From the NCBI GenBank assembly GCA_964016885.1, contig OZ024742.1:42284001-42348000 (forward strand): a stretch of 64,000 bases of DNA, written 5' to 3'. The translations under genes and the position numbers were made by a program. Numbering within the stretch: position 1 is the stretch's first letter; every line of letters begins with the position of its first letter. The notes under the pieces are model-generated. The model saw nothing but the letters and a program-made list of their open reading frames with translations. It made no database searches and was not told the origin of the DNA. This DNA comes from Eledone cirrhosa (taxonomy: Eukaryota). Positions 13,148 through 25,550 of the stretch are shown here, one piece after another.

Positions 13148-15403
13148 ATATGGCCTAATGCCATAAAAAAGTTGGATTTTCTTTGCTCACTGTATGAAGA
13201 GACTGACTAATGCATAGTACAATTTCAAGGAAATCGGTCTGACGTAACGGCTCAAAAAACCCCTAAAAAGCTGGAAAGTTTTTCACCTAATGCGGGCCCT
13301 AGGGGATCAAAAAGTTGAATTTTTTTATGTGCATAACACTCCCTGAAATATAAGTAATACACTTGTAAAGTTTGAAAAAGATCAGTTGGGTACTTCTCGG
13401 GGTTTCACACACATACATCCTTCCTCAGTTTTATATATATACATATATAGATTAAAATAACAGATTAAAGTTTAAGCAAAGAATCGTTGTTTTCACCCTT
13501 AACGGAATCTTCTGAAACTAAAAACATCAATCTGTGAACGCAGAAGTAAATATTTCGAAAAACGTTGCAACCGAAGGAAAACAGGAAGACGATACTTTGG
13601 TTCATGAAGACGTTCTCAGGGAATGAACGGATAATAATGAACATAATATGTCATCAATGGTCGTCAGAATGTTTTAATGCAGACAGCCAGGCATACAGAC
13701 AGATGATATAAGAGCACAACGGAGATGAATAACAGGCGCCTAACAACAGAAAATTGAAAAATAAAAGCTGTAGTTAATATCTTTAGACTGCAGGGAATAT
13801 ATAAATGCAAGTTTGAAGTCAATCGGAGTAGAAATGTGGATTTGTAAAGACTTTGCAAAGATGAGGACACACACACACAGACAACATCAGTTTTATATAT
13901 ATAGACTAGCAGAAAACCACCCGGTGGGCAGTTTTCTGCTAGCAAATCTACTGTATATACTGATATTGTTGAGATTTGGATGAGAAATGTTTTCTGCACC
14001 ACATGTTCACCGTCTCTCGGTGTGTCTTTTATGCATGTATAAATATATATTTTATCTATACGGTGAAATCTTTGAAATAAATATATGTTAAAACGAAAAA
14101 GGAGAAAATAAATAACTGGCGGTTATAAAAAAATATTCCTATGAAATTTTAATCATACCATTAGGTGTGAATAAGGAAATATTTTTTTATTCTCAAAACA
14201 AATGTTCAAAAGTTAAACTTCAATTTTTTGAATTATTTCCAATTTTTTCATGAAATTGAACACTGGCTGCTGGAAATGGAAATTAAATCGTATTTAATTG
14301 TATTTAAATTTCTCACCTTATTTTATTATTTATATTTTTTCAATAAGAAATTAAAAAAAACAAAAAAAATTGAAGAAAAACATTGAACAAATCAAACGTA
14401 GGTTATGGAACTGCGCAATCTGATTAATAAATTACCTCATCAGCAGCAACCTTCTTCAAATGGTCCTTATTATCAGCAGCAACAACCACATTCAATGGCA
14501 AGCTTCTTCAAACCACAAATTCAATGGCAACCTTCTTCGCATGGTGTCAAGTCAGAACCGCCTCGAACTGGTTACTTCTGGCTTGTGCAAGGTGTCTCTA
14601 TAGCAACCAGCGATTCCCTCGGCCTCAGTGACCAAAGTCAGTGGAGAGGGGAAGGTAATGTTTCTATAGCGACAGTGTTTCTCTTGGAGAAAGGAAGGGG
14701 AAGGTAATATTTCTGTAGCACGTGTTTTAGCGTCTATTCACTCTCTCTCTCTCTCGCTATCCTCCTCTCGTAGTCTGTCTCTTTCTTTCACTCTCACTCT
14801 CTCTCTACGCACGTGTTTCCACTGTCGGACAGACAGACAGACAGAAATTGCTGGTTATATATATAAGTAGACTAGCAGAAAACCACCCGGGGCGGTTTTC
14901 TGCTAGTCTATATATCTAAAACAGAGAATGTCTGTCTGTCTGTCAGCTCACTAAAACTTGAGAACCATCCAACCGATTGTTTTCAAACTTTAGACATGTA
15001 ATACTTATGGTCCTGTGAGTGTTTTGAGCAAAAATTATTTCAAATTTTCAATGCCCTAGGGACCGCATTAGGCGATTTAGCGTTCTCTCTATATAATTCT
15101 TAGTCTTTCTTTTTAGATAGATACATAGATATAACATTGCGCCCTTATAATATCTGTCTGGCTGTCTGCATTACGTCATTATGACGCGCTCAGCGCGATT
15201 CCCTCAGCCTCAGTGACCAAAGTCAGTGGAGAGGGGAAGGTAATGTTTCTGTAGCACGTGTTTTAGCGTCTATTCACTCTCTCTCTCCCCCTCCCGCTAT
15301 CCCCCTCTCGTAGTCTGCCTCTTTCTTTCACTCTCACTCTACGCACGTGTTTCCACTGTCGGACAGACAGACAGAGAAATTGCTGGTTATATATATAAGT
15401 AGA
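13148..15403 (-). mobile_element. Cluster of non-autonomous Helitron units
   Basis: Minus-strand 5' ends TCTA(TATA)n...(CTGT)n at 15403, 14871, 13905 and ~13451; CTAG 3' ends with terminal hairpins at 14872 and 13906; one plus-strand 5' end at 14907; internal sequence shared with the Helitron at 48957-53964; 14610-14871 is duplicated at 15195-15403. Confidence 0.75.
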
Positions 15404-17344
15404 TGATGGAAAGTTTTTAGATAAATACAAATACTTTAACCCTTTAGCATTTAAACCGGCCATATCCGGCCAGAATTCTCTCACCTCTTTCTGTTCAAAC
15501 TGGCTGCTCATACTTATGTTAAGGTATTCTTCTCAAAATAAATATCAAAATCTTGTAAATTTGTAAATTATGTAAGGTAAATCCTTTACCACAAAAATAC
15601 AATAGTATATATAGAGTAATGTAAATGCTAAAGAGTTAATATAAACTATGTTGTATCAAGCAGGTATCAAAAGGGTTAAATAAGGTACCAAAAACAATAA
15701 ATCAGCAAATAAGGAAAAACAAAGTTTATTTTCTTCTGTTTATACAAAAAACACAGCAATGTTAATGGTAGTAAAAGTGGAAATATAAAGAAATATTTTG
15801 TTTATCAACAATAATGGTCCGAATAATAATTTACAAAAATATACATAAAATGGTTTAACAAAGAAAAAAACATTCTAAATTGATGTTTAGAAACAAAGGA
15901 AACCTTGCAAGAGTTCAATATATATTACTGAAAACATTTTATTGATTATTTCCTATATGTCTGTCCTTAAATTTTGAAAAAAATATGATTAATAATTTCT
16001 ATTTTAGGCACAAGGCCAGCAACAAAAGGGATTGTTTTTTTTTAAATATCCTGCATTTAAATTTTCCTTTCTCTAAATTTAAGCTGTTTTATCTATCGGC
16101 TTTCTTATTTATTTTTTGTATGGTTGGGGTGTTAGTTTCATAGGAAATATAAAATATAATAGTAGGCTAATTTTGTTAGAATTACTCCACAAAAAATAGA
16201 TACCAAAGAATACATACCAAAACATGGAAAATAAATTAATCTATTCAATTGCCAGTGAAAAGAGTTAAAATAATGAAACAATTCCTTAACTCATTTAATC
16301 AGTTTCATATATTACCTTGAGAATAAATATCTATGTGTAATATAAAGATTTTTTAAATAAATATAGTGTGTATATTCAAATAAATCTATCCTTAATGTAG
16401 TATGTATATTGAAATGTTTATCCTTAAAATACACAAGACATTTGATCTGTAAAGGATATTGCTTTAGTGATTTATAAGTTAACAGGTATCACTAATTAAA
16501 TGTGACCTGTTCCCTCCACTCTTATTTTTATCATTATCACTCTACCCCTTCTTCTATCCCCACCATCTCCCTTGTAGCATCTATCAACACTTTCTTCTCA
16601 ATGTGGCTCAGTCAACCTCATCATGCTCCAGCTGTTAACTACTCAATCCCTTAACCAGCATGTAACCCCTCTGTCTTTCACCACTACACTGCTCATTTTA
16701 GCCCCCTCTCTATCCCCACTATTATGTTTCTTTGGAATGAAGTGGCTCCCTCACATCCTTCCAGTCTCTATTTGATCAGAGAAAGATACCTCCCTATTGA
16801 AAAATAAAAGCATTTATACGGTAACAGAGTAGAGAAGATTCTTCAGTCACATCAGTGTCAGTACCACAATAAAAGTGGTTGGTGTTAGGAAGGACATATA
16901 GTTGTAGAAATCATGTAAAAAGTATTGAGAGAACCCTTCAGTTGTGTCAAAGACAAGACAATCTCTCTCAATATAAAAAAATAGAATTAGCTTTTCTTTA
17001 TGAAGAGCAGTGCCTATGACCTTTTTCAAACCCTTTGTGACTGTTGGGAGTAAGGTATGCTCAAACCAGAGACCTGGTCCAAAATGCTTGCAACAGAGTG
17101 GACTCTTAAAACATCCAGGGGCCAGCTGATGGTGACAGTAAGATATTTCCAGAGAGACCTACCTACATGCAAATTGTAAATAATATAATATATACTATGT
17201 ATAAATAAATATTATATATTTTTTATTTTACTATATTTATATATATGTATCATTTGATATTTAATATACTACTATATCATCTCTACCGCCCCTGGACCGA
17301 GGAGCATCCAGATGTTGTAATGAAGTACCACTGGTAATATAAAA

Positions 17345-17660
17345 CACCCAGTTCACTCTGTAAAGTGGTAGTGCTGGTGCCATGACAAAAGGCACCCAGT
17401 TTACTCTGTAAAGTGGTAGTGTTGGTGCCATGACAAAGGCACCCAGTTCACCCTGTAAGGTGGTAGAACTGGTGGTATGATAAAAAGCACCCAGTTCACT
17501 CTAAGGTGGTACCACGTGTGACATGATAAAACACCCAATTCCCCCTATAAGGTGGAAGTATTGGTGCCATGACAAAAAGCACCCAGTCCACCCTGTAAGG
17601 TGGTAGTGGTGTTGCCACACAAAAAAAAAAAACGCTTCCAGTACACACTATAAAGTGGTT
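17345..17660 (+). repeat. Minisatellite, 6-7 units of ~47-48 bp, derived from a SINE internal module
   Basis: Unit CACCCAGTTCACTCTGTAAAGTGGTAGTGCTGGTGCCATGACAAAAGG; followed by the SINE segment TAGGAAGGG.AT..AGCTGTAGAAA and an ATG-repeat tail near 17810. Confidence 0.85.
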
Positions 17661-18020
17661 AGCATTAGGAAGGGTATTGAGCTGTAGAAAACCAAGCCAA
17701 AAACAGAGTATGCGCAAGATGTGATCATCTGACCTGTCCAGCCAGAGAATGTGACAATTCATTTAACCCATGCAAATATAGGAATTAAACATAAAAAGGA
17801 GATAATGATGATTTATATCATACTTATTGGAATATGTACAAGAACTCTGAACTTCAGTAAAGTATAGATTTGTGGAATGAATTTCCTATTGAGACATAAA
17901 CATTTTATAAAAAAAACAAAAAATTCATATTTTTCTGTCAATAACAAAAATACATAAAATAAAAAAAATATTAAGAGGCAAACAAATAATTTATTACATA
18001 AATACAAAATTTGTACATTC

Positions 18021-18110
18021 TTATCTTCCACCACCTCCACCACCGCCACCTTGAGGATCAGAATTAGATGCTAACATCAATACAATGACAAATGGAACTA
18101 TGTACATCCA
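18021..18110 (-). CDS. EMC10: EMC10 exon 7 (terminal): TM segment and Gly-rich tail
   Basis: ttttcag|TGG...TAA; WMYIVPFVIVLMLASNSDPQGGGGGGGGR*, matching the EMC10 C-terminus (KYWMYIIP...GGGG). Confidence 0.95.
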   Translation of the reverse strand, partial: WMYIVPFVIVLMLASNSDPQGGGGGGGGR

Positions 18111-20191
18111 CTGAAAAATAAATGAATATACGTACAAGGAAAGCAATGGTTTTCATTAATCAATTTAACTCTTAATATCCTGTAATGATTTAGCAGAAAA
18201 TATTTATAAACAAAGTCGGTTAATTCAAATCTTAACTATAACAAAGAAAGGAGTGCGGGACTGCATCCAGAATATATTTTTTTAATCCCGTTTGTAAAAT
18301 AAGTTGGATTACTTTGAATAAATAATGAATATTACATAATTTATGTTCTAAATTTTGTAACTTTTGATTAAATATAAATAATTTTATTGCTTATTTTAAG
18401 ATTCACTTCTTTGAAATTTTCAAATGTCAACACTTCCGGTTAGTGATCGCTTATATAAACATTCATACATTTCTGTCACTAATTTTTTTCCTAATGCAGT
18501 TTATATATAATATTTTTTAATGTCATGGATTACTTTACTGATTACATAAGACAGTGTAATGCAGACTTCGTTCAATTTCTGTGCATATTATCAATTATGA
18601 TTTCATTTGATGTATCATATCTATATGTATTTATGTTTGTGTATAACATCAATATGCACACTACACATGCTAGCAGAAAACCACCCAAAGGATGGTTTTC
18701 TGCTAGTGTTTATAGTATCTTTACCAGTGGACTGACCATTGTGAAAATTTGCAGTATTAGAGTAATGACTTTGATTTTTAATGTGATACAGTTATAGTAC
18801 TGTTTTGTACTTTTCAAGAATGTTTTATAAATGTGGTTTCATGTGGTAGAGAACATTAATCAGTTTAATGTATTTGAAAATATATTCATTTAAATAATCT
18901 TTTTGTTTATGCGTGTATTGTGACAACAAACAATATTAGAAATATTGTCTCCTTTCCATCACATCCTCCTCTACCAAACTTTCATCCCATCATACATGCT
19001 TCTTTCATTCTCTCGCCCAAGTTCACATTCGTTTATATTGTTTTAAACAAATGGAGACAATATAGAATACTTTTACAGACCCCTTTTAGTTACACAAGTC
19101 TGGGTAAGGTTGTTTGTGGAAGACAAGCTGTCACCCATGCATATTAGTCTCCCCTCTCCACACCACCAATGTCATCCAAGGGAAAAGCAAAGGCTGATGA
19201 TACAGCTTGGCACCAGTGATGTCGCAAGTGACGGCTGAGTGAACTGAAGCAATGTGAAATAAAGTGTCTTGGTCAAGAACACACCACATCACCTGGTCTG
19301 GGAATTAAACTCACAATCACATGATTTTGAATCCGACACTCAAATCACTAAACCATGTGCTTTCACAGATGATGAGATTAATGTTCAGCTATTCACATAT
19401 CAATATATTTAGGCATATACATAAGATATGATTTTGAAAATGATTTTTAATTTAGGCACATGGCCAGCAATTCGAAGAAGTGGAAAATCAATTAAATCGT
19501 TCCCAGTACTTGACTGGTACTTTATTTTAACGATCCCAGAAGGATGAAAGGTAAAGTTGACTTTGGTGTGATTTGAAACTAGAATGTAGAGGACCATAAA
19601 ATACTGCAATGCATTTCAGCCCAATCTAACAATTCTGCTAGTCCACTGTCCTTATTCTTTTGATAATCAGAAGGGGAAAGTTGATCAAACTGATCCCTAT
19701 GTGTTACTGGTACTTTATTTTATTGCCCCGTAAGGATGAAAGGCCAAGCTAACCTTGGTGGGATTTGAACATAAAGGGGCGTAACTATATGTCACAAAGC
19801 ATGTTGTCTGATGCTCTACTGTCAATCCATTTGCCCTTATACTTTTGATAATAATGATAAAAAACAAAGCAGATAAATCTACCACAAGCACAATTTCATC
19901 TTAACCCTTTAGCATTCAAACCAGCCAGAATTCTCTCATTTCGTTCTGTTCAACTGGCTGCTCATACTTATGTTAAGGTATTGTTCACAAAATAATGTTA
20001 AAATCTTATAGATTCCATATTGTAATGTAAGGATTAAAATGTTTTGTCTTTCATATTTATATGTATTTACTGTACTTGCTAATAACAGTCATCATATATA
20101 CACTTGTCCTGTTTCTTCTGCATATATATATATATATGTAAATTATATCTTAACTTTCATAAAGATAGAAGCAATTGAACACTTGACTTAC

Positions 20192-20288
20192 ATATTTTGC
20201 AAAAAATGACCGATTGTCTCCTTGTTGACCTTTCTGCTTATCATGTTCCTCTCGTTTGAGTTTGTCAATGTAGAGCTGTGTTTCTGGT
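20192..20288 (-). CDS. EMC10: EMC10 exon 6
   Basis: gcag|A CCA...TAT|gtaagt; (V)PETQLYIDKLKREEHDKQKGQQGDNRSFFAKY. Confidence 0.95.
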
Positions 20289-20705
20289 CTGCAATGACAA
20301 ATAGCTTACAACTTAGATTTCATGGACCAATAAAATACACAATACTAAAAGATCAATGAAAAAAAACAAGCAACTATGTCATAGCATTTTGAACCAAACA
20401 GCTCCAAATCATATTGACTCCAGTATTTGTTTTATCATGCTTTATTTGCAGAAATGCTACATTACAGGACATAAATGAACTCAACACAAGTTAACCAGTA
20501 TGGGCATGGACACACACAAACATATATGTATATAACATATTTCTGTACAGTTTCTATTAACCAAATTATATTCATGTGGCATTGGTTAACCTGAAGTGAC
20601 AGTAGAAGACACTTGCCTGGAATCATGTGGTTGTCAAGCAAATTTCTTAACTACATGGCTATGCCCAAGTCTATCAGGTATCAGGGTAAACTCTCTTTCT
20701 TTCTC

Positions 20706-20727
20706 TGTGTGTGTGTGTGTGTGTATG

Positions 20728-20782
<55 letters not shown>
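20706..20782. repeat. Compound (TG)n(TA)n microsatellite
   Basis: Direct read; similar tracts at ~27070-27100, 27562-27587 (GA), 29714-29750, 33830-33862, 35896-35948, 38272-38298, 44505-44551, 56152-56221 (CT), 58945-58968. Confidence 0.95.
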
Positions 20783-20788
<6 letters not shown>

Positions 20789-21077
20789 ACAAAAATTGTC
20801 ATTATTGCAGCTTTTAATTTACATTGATCATTTGGTCATAGTCTATTGAATTATTGCCATCCTCACCAAATTAAACAGATGGTTAGCTTCATAGAAAATG
20901 TTGTATAATCTTGTTTAAATATATTATCAGCTCAATAAAAGAAACCAAACTGTATGAGTTTAAGTTATATAACACATTCAAAGCAATTATAATTTTCTTG
21001 AGTAAACACAAATGCATATAGTGAAGGAAAGTAAAACAGTTAATGGACAGATTATAAAAGCAAAACTGATTACTCAC

Positions 21078-21259
21078 ACTGGACCTGGTACCGTTTGGAC
21101 AATTTCAATAGTTGTGTTCCAGTTACTAATTGCATCCTCTGGCATAGTGAGATCCACACACTGGCCTACAGTAGATGACATCGAAATCCCTACAACTTCA
21201 CCAGATTGGTCAACATTCAAGGTGAGTAAATCGGACAGGCCAGATTCATACAGTTGGCA
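21078..21259 (-). CDS. EMC10: EMC10 exon 5
   Basis: tttag|TGC...CCA GT|gtgagt; CQLYESGLSDLLTLNVDQSGEVVGISMSSTVGQCVDLTMPEDAISNWNTTIEIVQTVPGP. Confidence 0.95.
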
Positions 21260-22401
21260 CTAAACAAAAGACAATAAACAATGCATATTAATAGGTTTGT
21301 TAACACCTCAATAGTCATATCTAAAATTTTCTTTAATATAATAAGCATTTTATCCTTTTCTTGAATGTTTCTCATGAAAGACACTGTAAATGATTTTCTA
21401 ATCATTTTGAAAATAATCAAGACTTTGGAAAGATTTAGTAATATACCTTTCTTATTTTTAAGCTGACATTTGGAACACAGTTTAACAAAACTTCTTACAT
21501 AAACTTATATTAGAAGTATTATGGATAAATATAAACATTTACAAATGAATAGCCCCCACCCCATAAAACCTGGGACACTTTAGTATCTAAAGAATTAAGA
21601 CTATTTTCCTGCAATAGCAAGGGTTAACCTTGCAGATTCCATGACAGGTTTTATATTCATCCTGTGGTTCAGGATGCCCTTCCTAGTGGCAACACTTTTA
21701 GTTGCCTCAAATAACATGCAGTGATACAGTGTAACTATTCTAAGACAGATATACACAGTAGTCAAATTATGTTTTAGTTTTAGCTTTGGGATTAAAAAAA
21801 TTGTTTGATAAAAGTCCTGTATATAAAAAGTGAAATTTTACAATTCATTTTCATTCAATTTTTCAAATTAGCTTGCGATTCAAATTTGATCTAACTTTAG
21901 AGTAAGATATTTTCAAATCTGATCATTTTCATAATATGTATAAAAAGTTATTTTTTCTGAAATAATAGATATTTGGTGTGATACTTTAATGCATCCCCAC
22001 TCTTCTCATTATTTTTCTGTCTCCATTCTCTGTACATTTTTATAGTTTACAGCCTACAAGTTCAGTTCTTAACATTGGGTTTATTTTCCTCTCCTACAAA
22101 CTATTTTTTTATTTTTCATTGTTCTCAACATTCTTGGCAACAACTATCCACTTCCCTTCCCATCTTGTTTGTACATGCACCAATGGGTGTTTGGCTACTA
22201 CCTTTAATCATACAATACTCCCTCCCAATCTTTGACATAACTTTTTTACTCCTGTCATTTTCTCTATTTTTATTCTTGCCTTCAAAGTAATAAGACCAAA
22301 ATTTACAAAAAAAACAAACAAACATAAAAAATAGAGTATAAATGAAAATTTCTCGAAAGAACCAAAATTAAGAAATAAGAACTATAATCTAATATGCTTA
22401 C

Positions 22402-22509
22402 AGCAAGTATAAAAGTAGAAACATATTTTTGAGCTTCCTCTTCATGTGCAGGACTGACTGGACGCACAGGGATTTTAATTCGATAAAAATCATTTCGTCT
22501 AGCAGCACT
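22402..22509 (-). CDS. EMC10: EMC10 exon 4
   Basis: tttcag|AGT...GCT|gtaagc; SAARRNDFYRIKIPVRPVSPAHEEEAQKYVSTFILA. Confidence 0.93.
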
Positions 22510-23375
22510 CTGAAATGAACCCCAAAAAAAACAACTAAGCACATGGCTATATATGCTTTAAACAATTTTTTTTTTATTTGTTTCAATCATTGGATTGTGG
22601 CCATGTTGGGGCACCACGTTTTGGGAGTATGGTCACTTACAATTATTTCGGTACTTATTTTACTATCACAGGCTGGGTGAAAGGCAAAGTAAACTTGAGA
22701 GGAATTTGAACTCAGAATGGAAAGGGATGTAATAATAACCACAAAGTATTTTGTCTTACAATACTAATTCTGCTATTCACTCATCTGATCAATAATCAGG
22801 ACATAAGAAGTGGCTTAAAAAATGTTTTTAGGTAGGGGGAGGGGTTATATCATCATTATCATCACATTTTAATGGTTATTTTTCATGCTTGCATAGGTTA
22901 GACGAGTTGTCACATTATCAGGCTAGACAGGTCAGATGACCATATCTTGTTCATATGCTCCATTGTTTTTTTGGATGCCCTTCCTAATGCCAACTACCTT
23001 ACAGGGTGGACTGGGTGTTTTTGTCAAGCATATGTGTATATATTTATACACGTTGGTGCAATCTTGGTTACACATTCTGTATTTATACAGATATAACTTT
23101 ATCATTTTCTAATTATTCTGTCTTGTCATATGTATGAAAAAGTATAATTATCTTTTCCATAATAATATCATGTGAATATGCTCAAGAATATGATTTTTTT
23201 TGCATCTAATTTCCATTGAGCTTTTATAAAAAATAAAATCAAGATGATTTTATTTCAATTTATTTATGTCTGTTATATATATATATATGACATTTAAAAA
23301 AATAGTTATATGCAAAAAGAGTATGAGATATAACTAAAGTTAATTAATAAAAACTACAGTGAAGTTTATACTCAC

Positions 23376-23491
23376 TTTTAACACTTCTTTATCATGAGGA
23401 GTCAGTTGCCCAGCTGGTGAAAAATGAGCTTTATTCATTTTAAACGACCGGATGACAATGTTACCCCTTCGAGTGAATGATGAATCGGGAC
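23376..23491 (-). CDS. EMC10: EMC10 exon 3
   Basis: tacag|GT CCC...AAA|gtgagt; PDSSFTRRGNIVIRSFKMNKAHFSPAGQLTPHDKEVLK (FxxRG motif). Confidence 0.9.
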
Positions 23492-23603
23492 CTGTAATAA
23501 TAGAGAGAAATGTTAATTTCAGATAAGACATGTAATCATATTTCTTATATAAAAAGGTCTTGTCTAAAGATGTCAAAATAGATGGTATGAGATAGAAATT
23601 TGC

Positions 23604-23745
23604 TGACAGAACCTCTTGTTTTGTCATCAGTCTGTTGTCATCACACTATTTTTTATAGACATTTGATGACAGAACCTCTTGATTTGTCATCACACTATTT
23701 TTTATAGACATTTAATGACAGAATCTCCTGTGTTGTCATCACACC
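23604..23745 (+). repeat. Short tandem repeat, about 3 imperfect ~50-60 bp units
   Basis: TGACAGAA(C/T)CTC.TG...TGTCATCACAC(T/C)ATTTT recurs at ~23604, 23667 and 23716. Confidence 0.75.
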
Positions 23746-24715
23746 ATTTTGAACCTATTTCTGTAATATCTACTTTATTAATGCTGCGCAATCTTTCTTC
23801 ACTTCACATTACATTAATCACCAGCAACTTTCTATTTCTTTCTCTACCCGTCCTTTCTACACTCTCTACTCTCCTTCTGCAGTTCTCTCTTCCGTCCAAT
23901 GGTCAAATATGTTCCTCCTCTTTTGTTACTTCTGTTTCGACTGCTTTCTTTCTGTCTACACACAGCTGTCCAACCATTCAGTTATCCTCTGACCTCTCTT
24001 CAAAGTCTCAATACCATCAATCATTTTGCTTTCTAGCGTTAACTTGTGCACACCTACTTTTTGGGGGTTCCAGCTAACAGCTATATTTATACATTCATCA
24101 TCATCATCACTGTTTTACATCTATTTTCTATGCTTGCATCGGTTAGACAAGTCAAATGACTGTGTCTCACTTATGTTTCACTCTGGTATGGATTCTGCAG
24201 CTTGATGCCCTTCCTAATGCCAACAATTCCACAGTGAGTACTGGGTACGTTTTATCATGATACTGCCACTACCACTTGACATGGTGGACTGGGTGCTATT
24301 TATCATGACACCAGCACCATTACATTACAGCATGGGCTGAATGCACTTTGTCGTTTAACGTCCATCTTCCACGCTAGCATGGGTTAAACGGGAGTTGTCC
24401 CAATTTGAGGCAAGGTTGGTCGGGTGACCGTGTCTTGCTCACATAGGACTATCTGGCAGGTTTTCTATGGGTGGGTGCCCTTCCTAACACCAACCACATT
24501 TACAGTTCATTCATATAATACCTGAACAATGTTAATCTATGCCTGGTTTCTACAGCTAGATGCCTTTAGATGAGGAAAAATGGATATTAAAGGATGATGA
24601 TGATATACATACATACACATATAACTTTGATAGGTTTCGGCCAGTATTGGCACAGGCCATGTTTAACTAAATAGCACCAATAAAGATATATAAAAATAGA
24701 AAAGGTGTTACCTAC

Positions 24716-24770
24716 TAGATTGAAAGCTATGATCAACTGGAAGAGATTGGAGACCCTCAAACTCATCATC
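24716..24770 (-). CDS. EMC10: EMC10 exon 2
   Basis: ttctttttag|GAT...TCT A|gtaggt; DDEFEGLQSLPVDHSFQS (HSF motif); phase-1 donor chosen to fit exon 3. Confidence 0.85.
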
Positions 24771-25396
24771 CTAAAAAGAAGTAGAAAAACACAGTAATAA
24801 ACAGTAATGATGATGATGATGATGATAATAATAAACTGCTTCTAACATCGGGTCATGACCACCAACACTTGACTGGTACTTATTTTAACAACTGCAGAAG
24901 CTAAGACATTCCAAAAATGATGCTTTAATAACTCCTGAGATCACTGCTGTAAAATATTATATAAATTAGCAATAGAAACTTGATTGCTATAAAATAATTT
25001 TACAAATTTACATTGTTTATTTTAAAAGTGATTATTTAGGTGAAAATGTTTTTTCGAATCCTAAAATCTTGAATTAATTCCTATCTTTGCCTTTATATTT
25101 TACCTATTTCTATTGAAAGACACTGCCTATAATTTTTAAATAATTCTGTAAATCATCAAGAATTTGGAGTGGTTATATTATATAACTTTCTTATTATTAA
25201 GCAGGTGTTTGGTACACTACTTTACAAAGGTTCTTATATGAAATTATAATGGATGGTTTAAATTACAGTATAAACTCTTTAAAACAAACAGTTTTGTATC
25301 ATAGAGCCAGGGGCAGTTTCAATGGTTTGCTATCAAGGGTGAAAAAAATTCTTGCATTGAATTATGAAGGGAGAACATTTTTTAGATTAATGTAAA

Positions 25397-25550
25397 CATG
25401 GGTGGAGGTGGTGAGAGCAGACCTCAGATCGCTGAAACTCACGAAAGAGATGACAAAGAACCGTGACAAGTGGAGAGATGCTCTGCTGAATAGGACCCGT
25501 CCAATCCTTGCAAGCAGGGAAAAGTGGACGTAAAATGATGATGATGACGA
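25397..25550 (+). mobile_element. RTE LINE extreme 3' end
   Basis: Closely matches 60755-60906 (TWxEVVRADxRSL...RDKWRDALLNRTRP) and ends in a (ATG)n tail. Confidence 0.85.

Noticed and set aside
14405-14707. Gln-rich 100-aa ORF
   Set aside because: Lies inside the Helitron cluster, is built from short internal repeats, and has no recognisable domain; a captured fragment cannot be excluded.
17345-17660. Regularly spaced repeats resembling a CRISPR array
   Set aside because: Units are contiguous degenerate tandem copies with no unique spacers, match a SINE module, and there are no cas genes; the context is eukaryotic.
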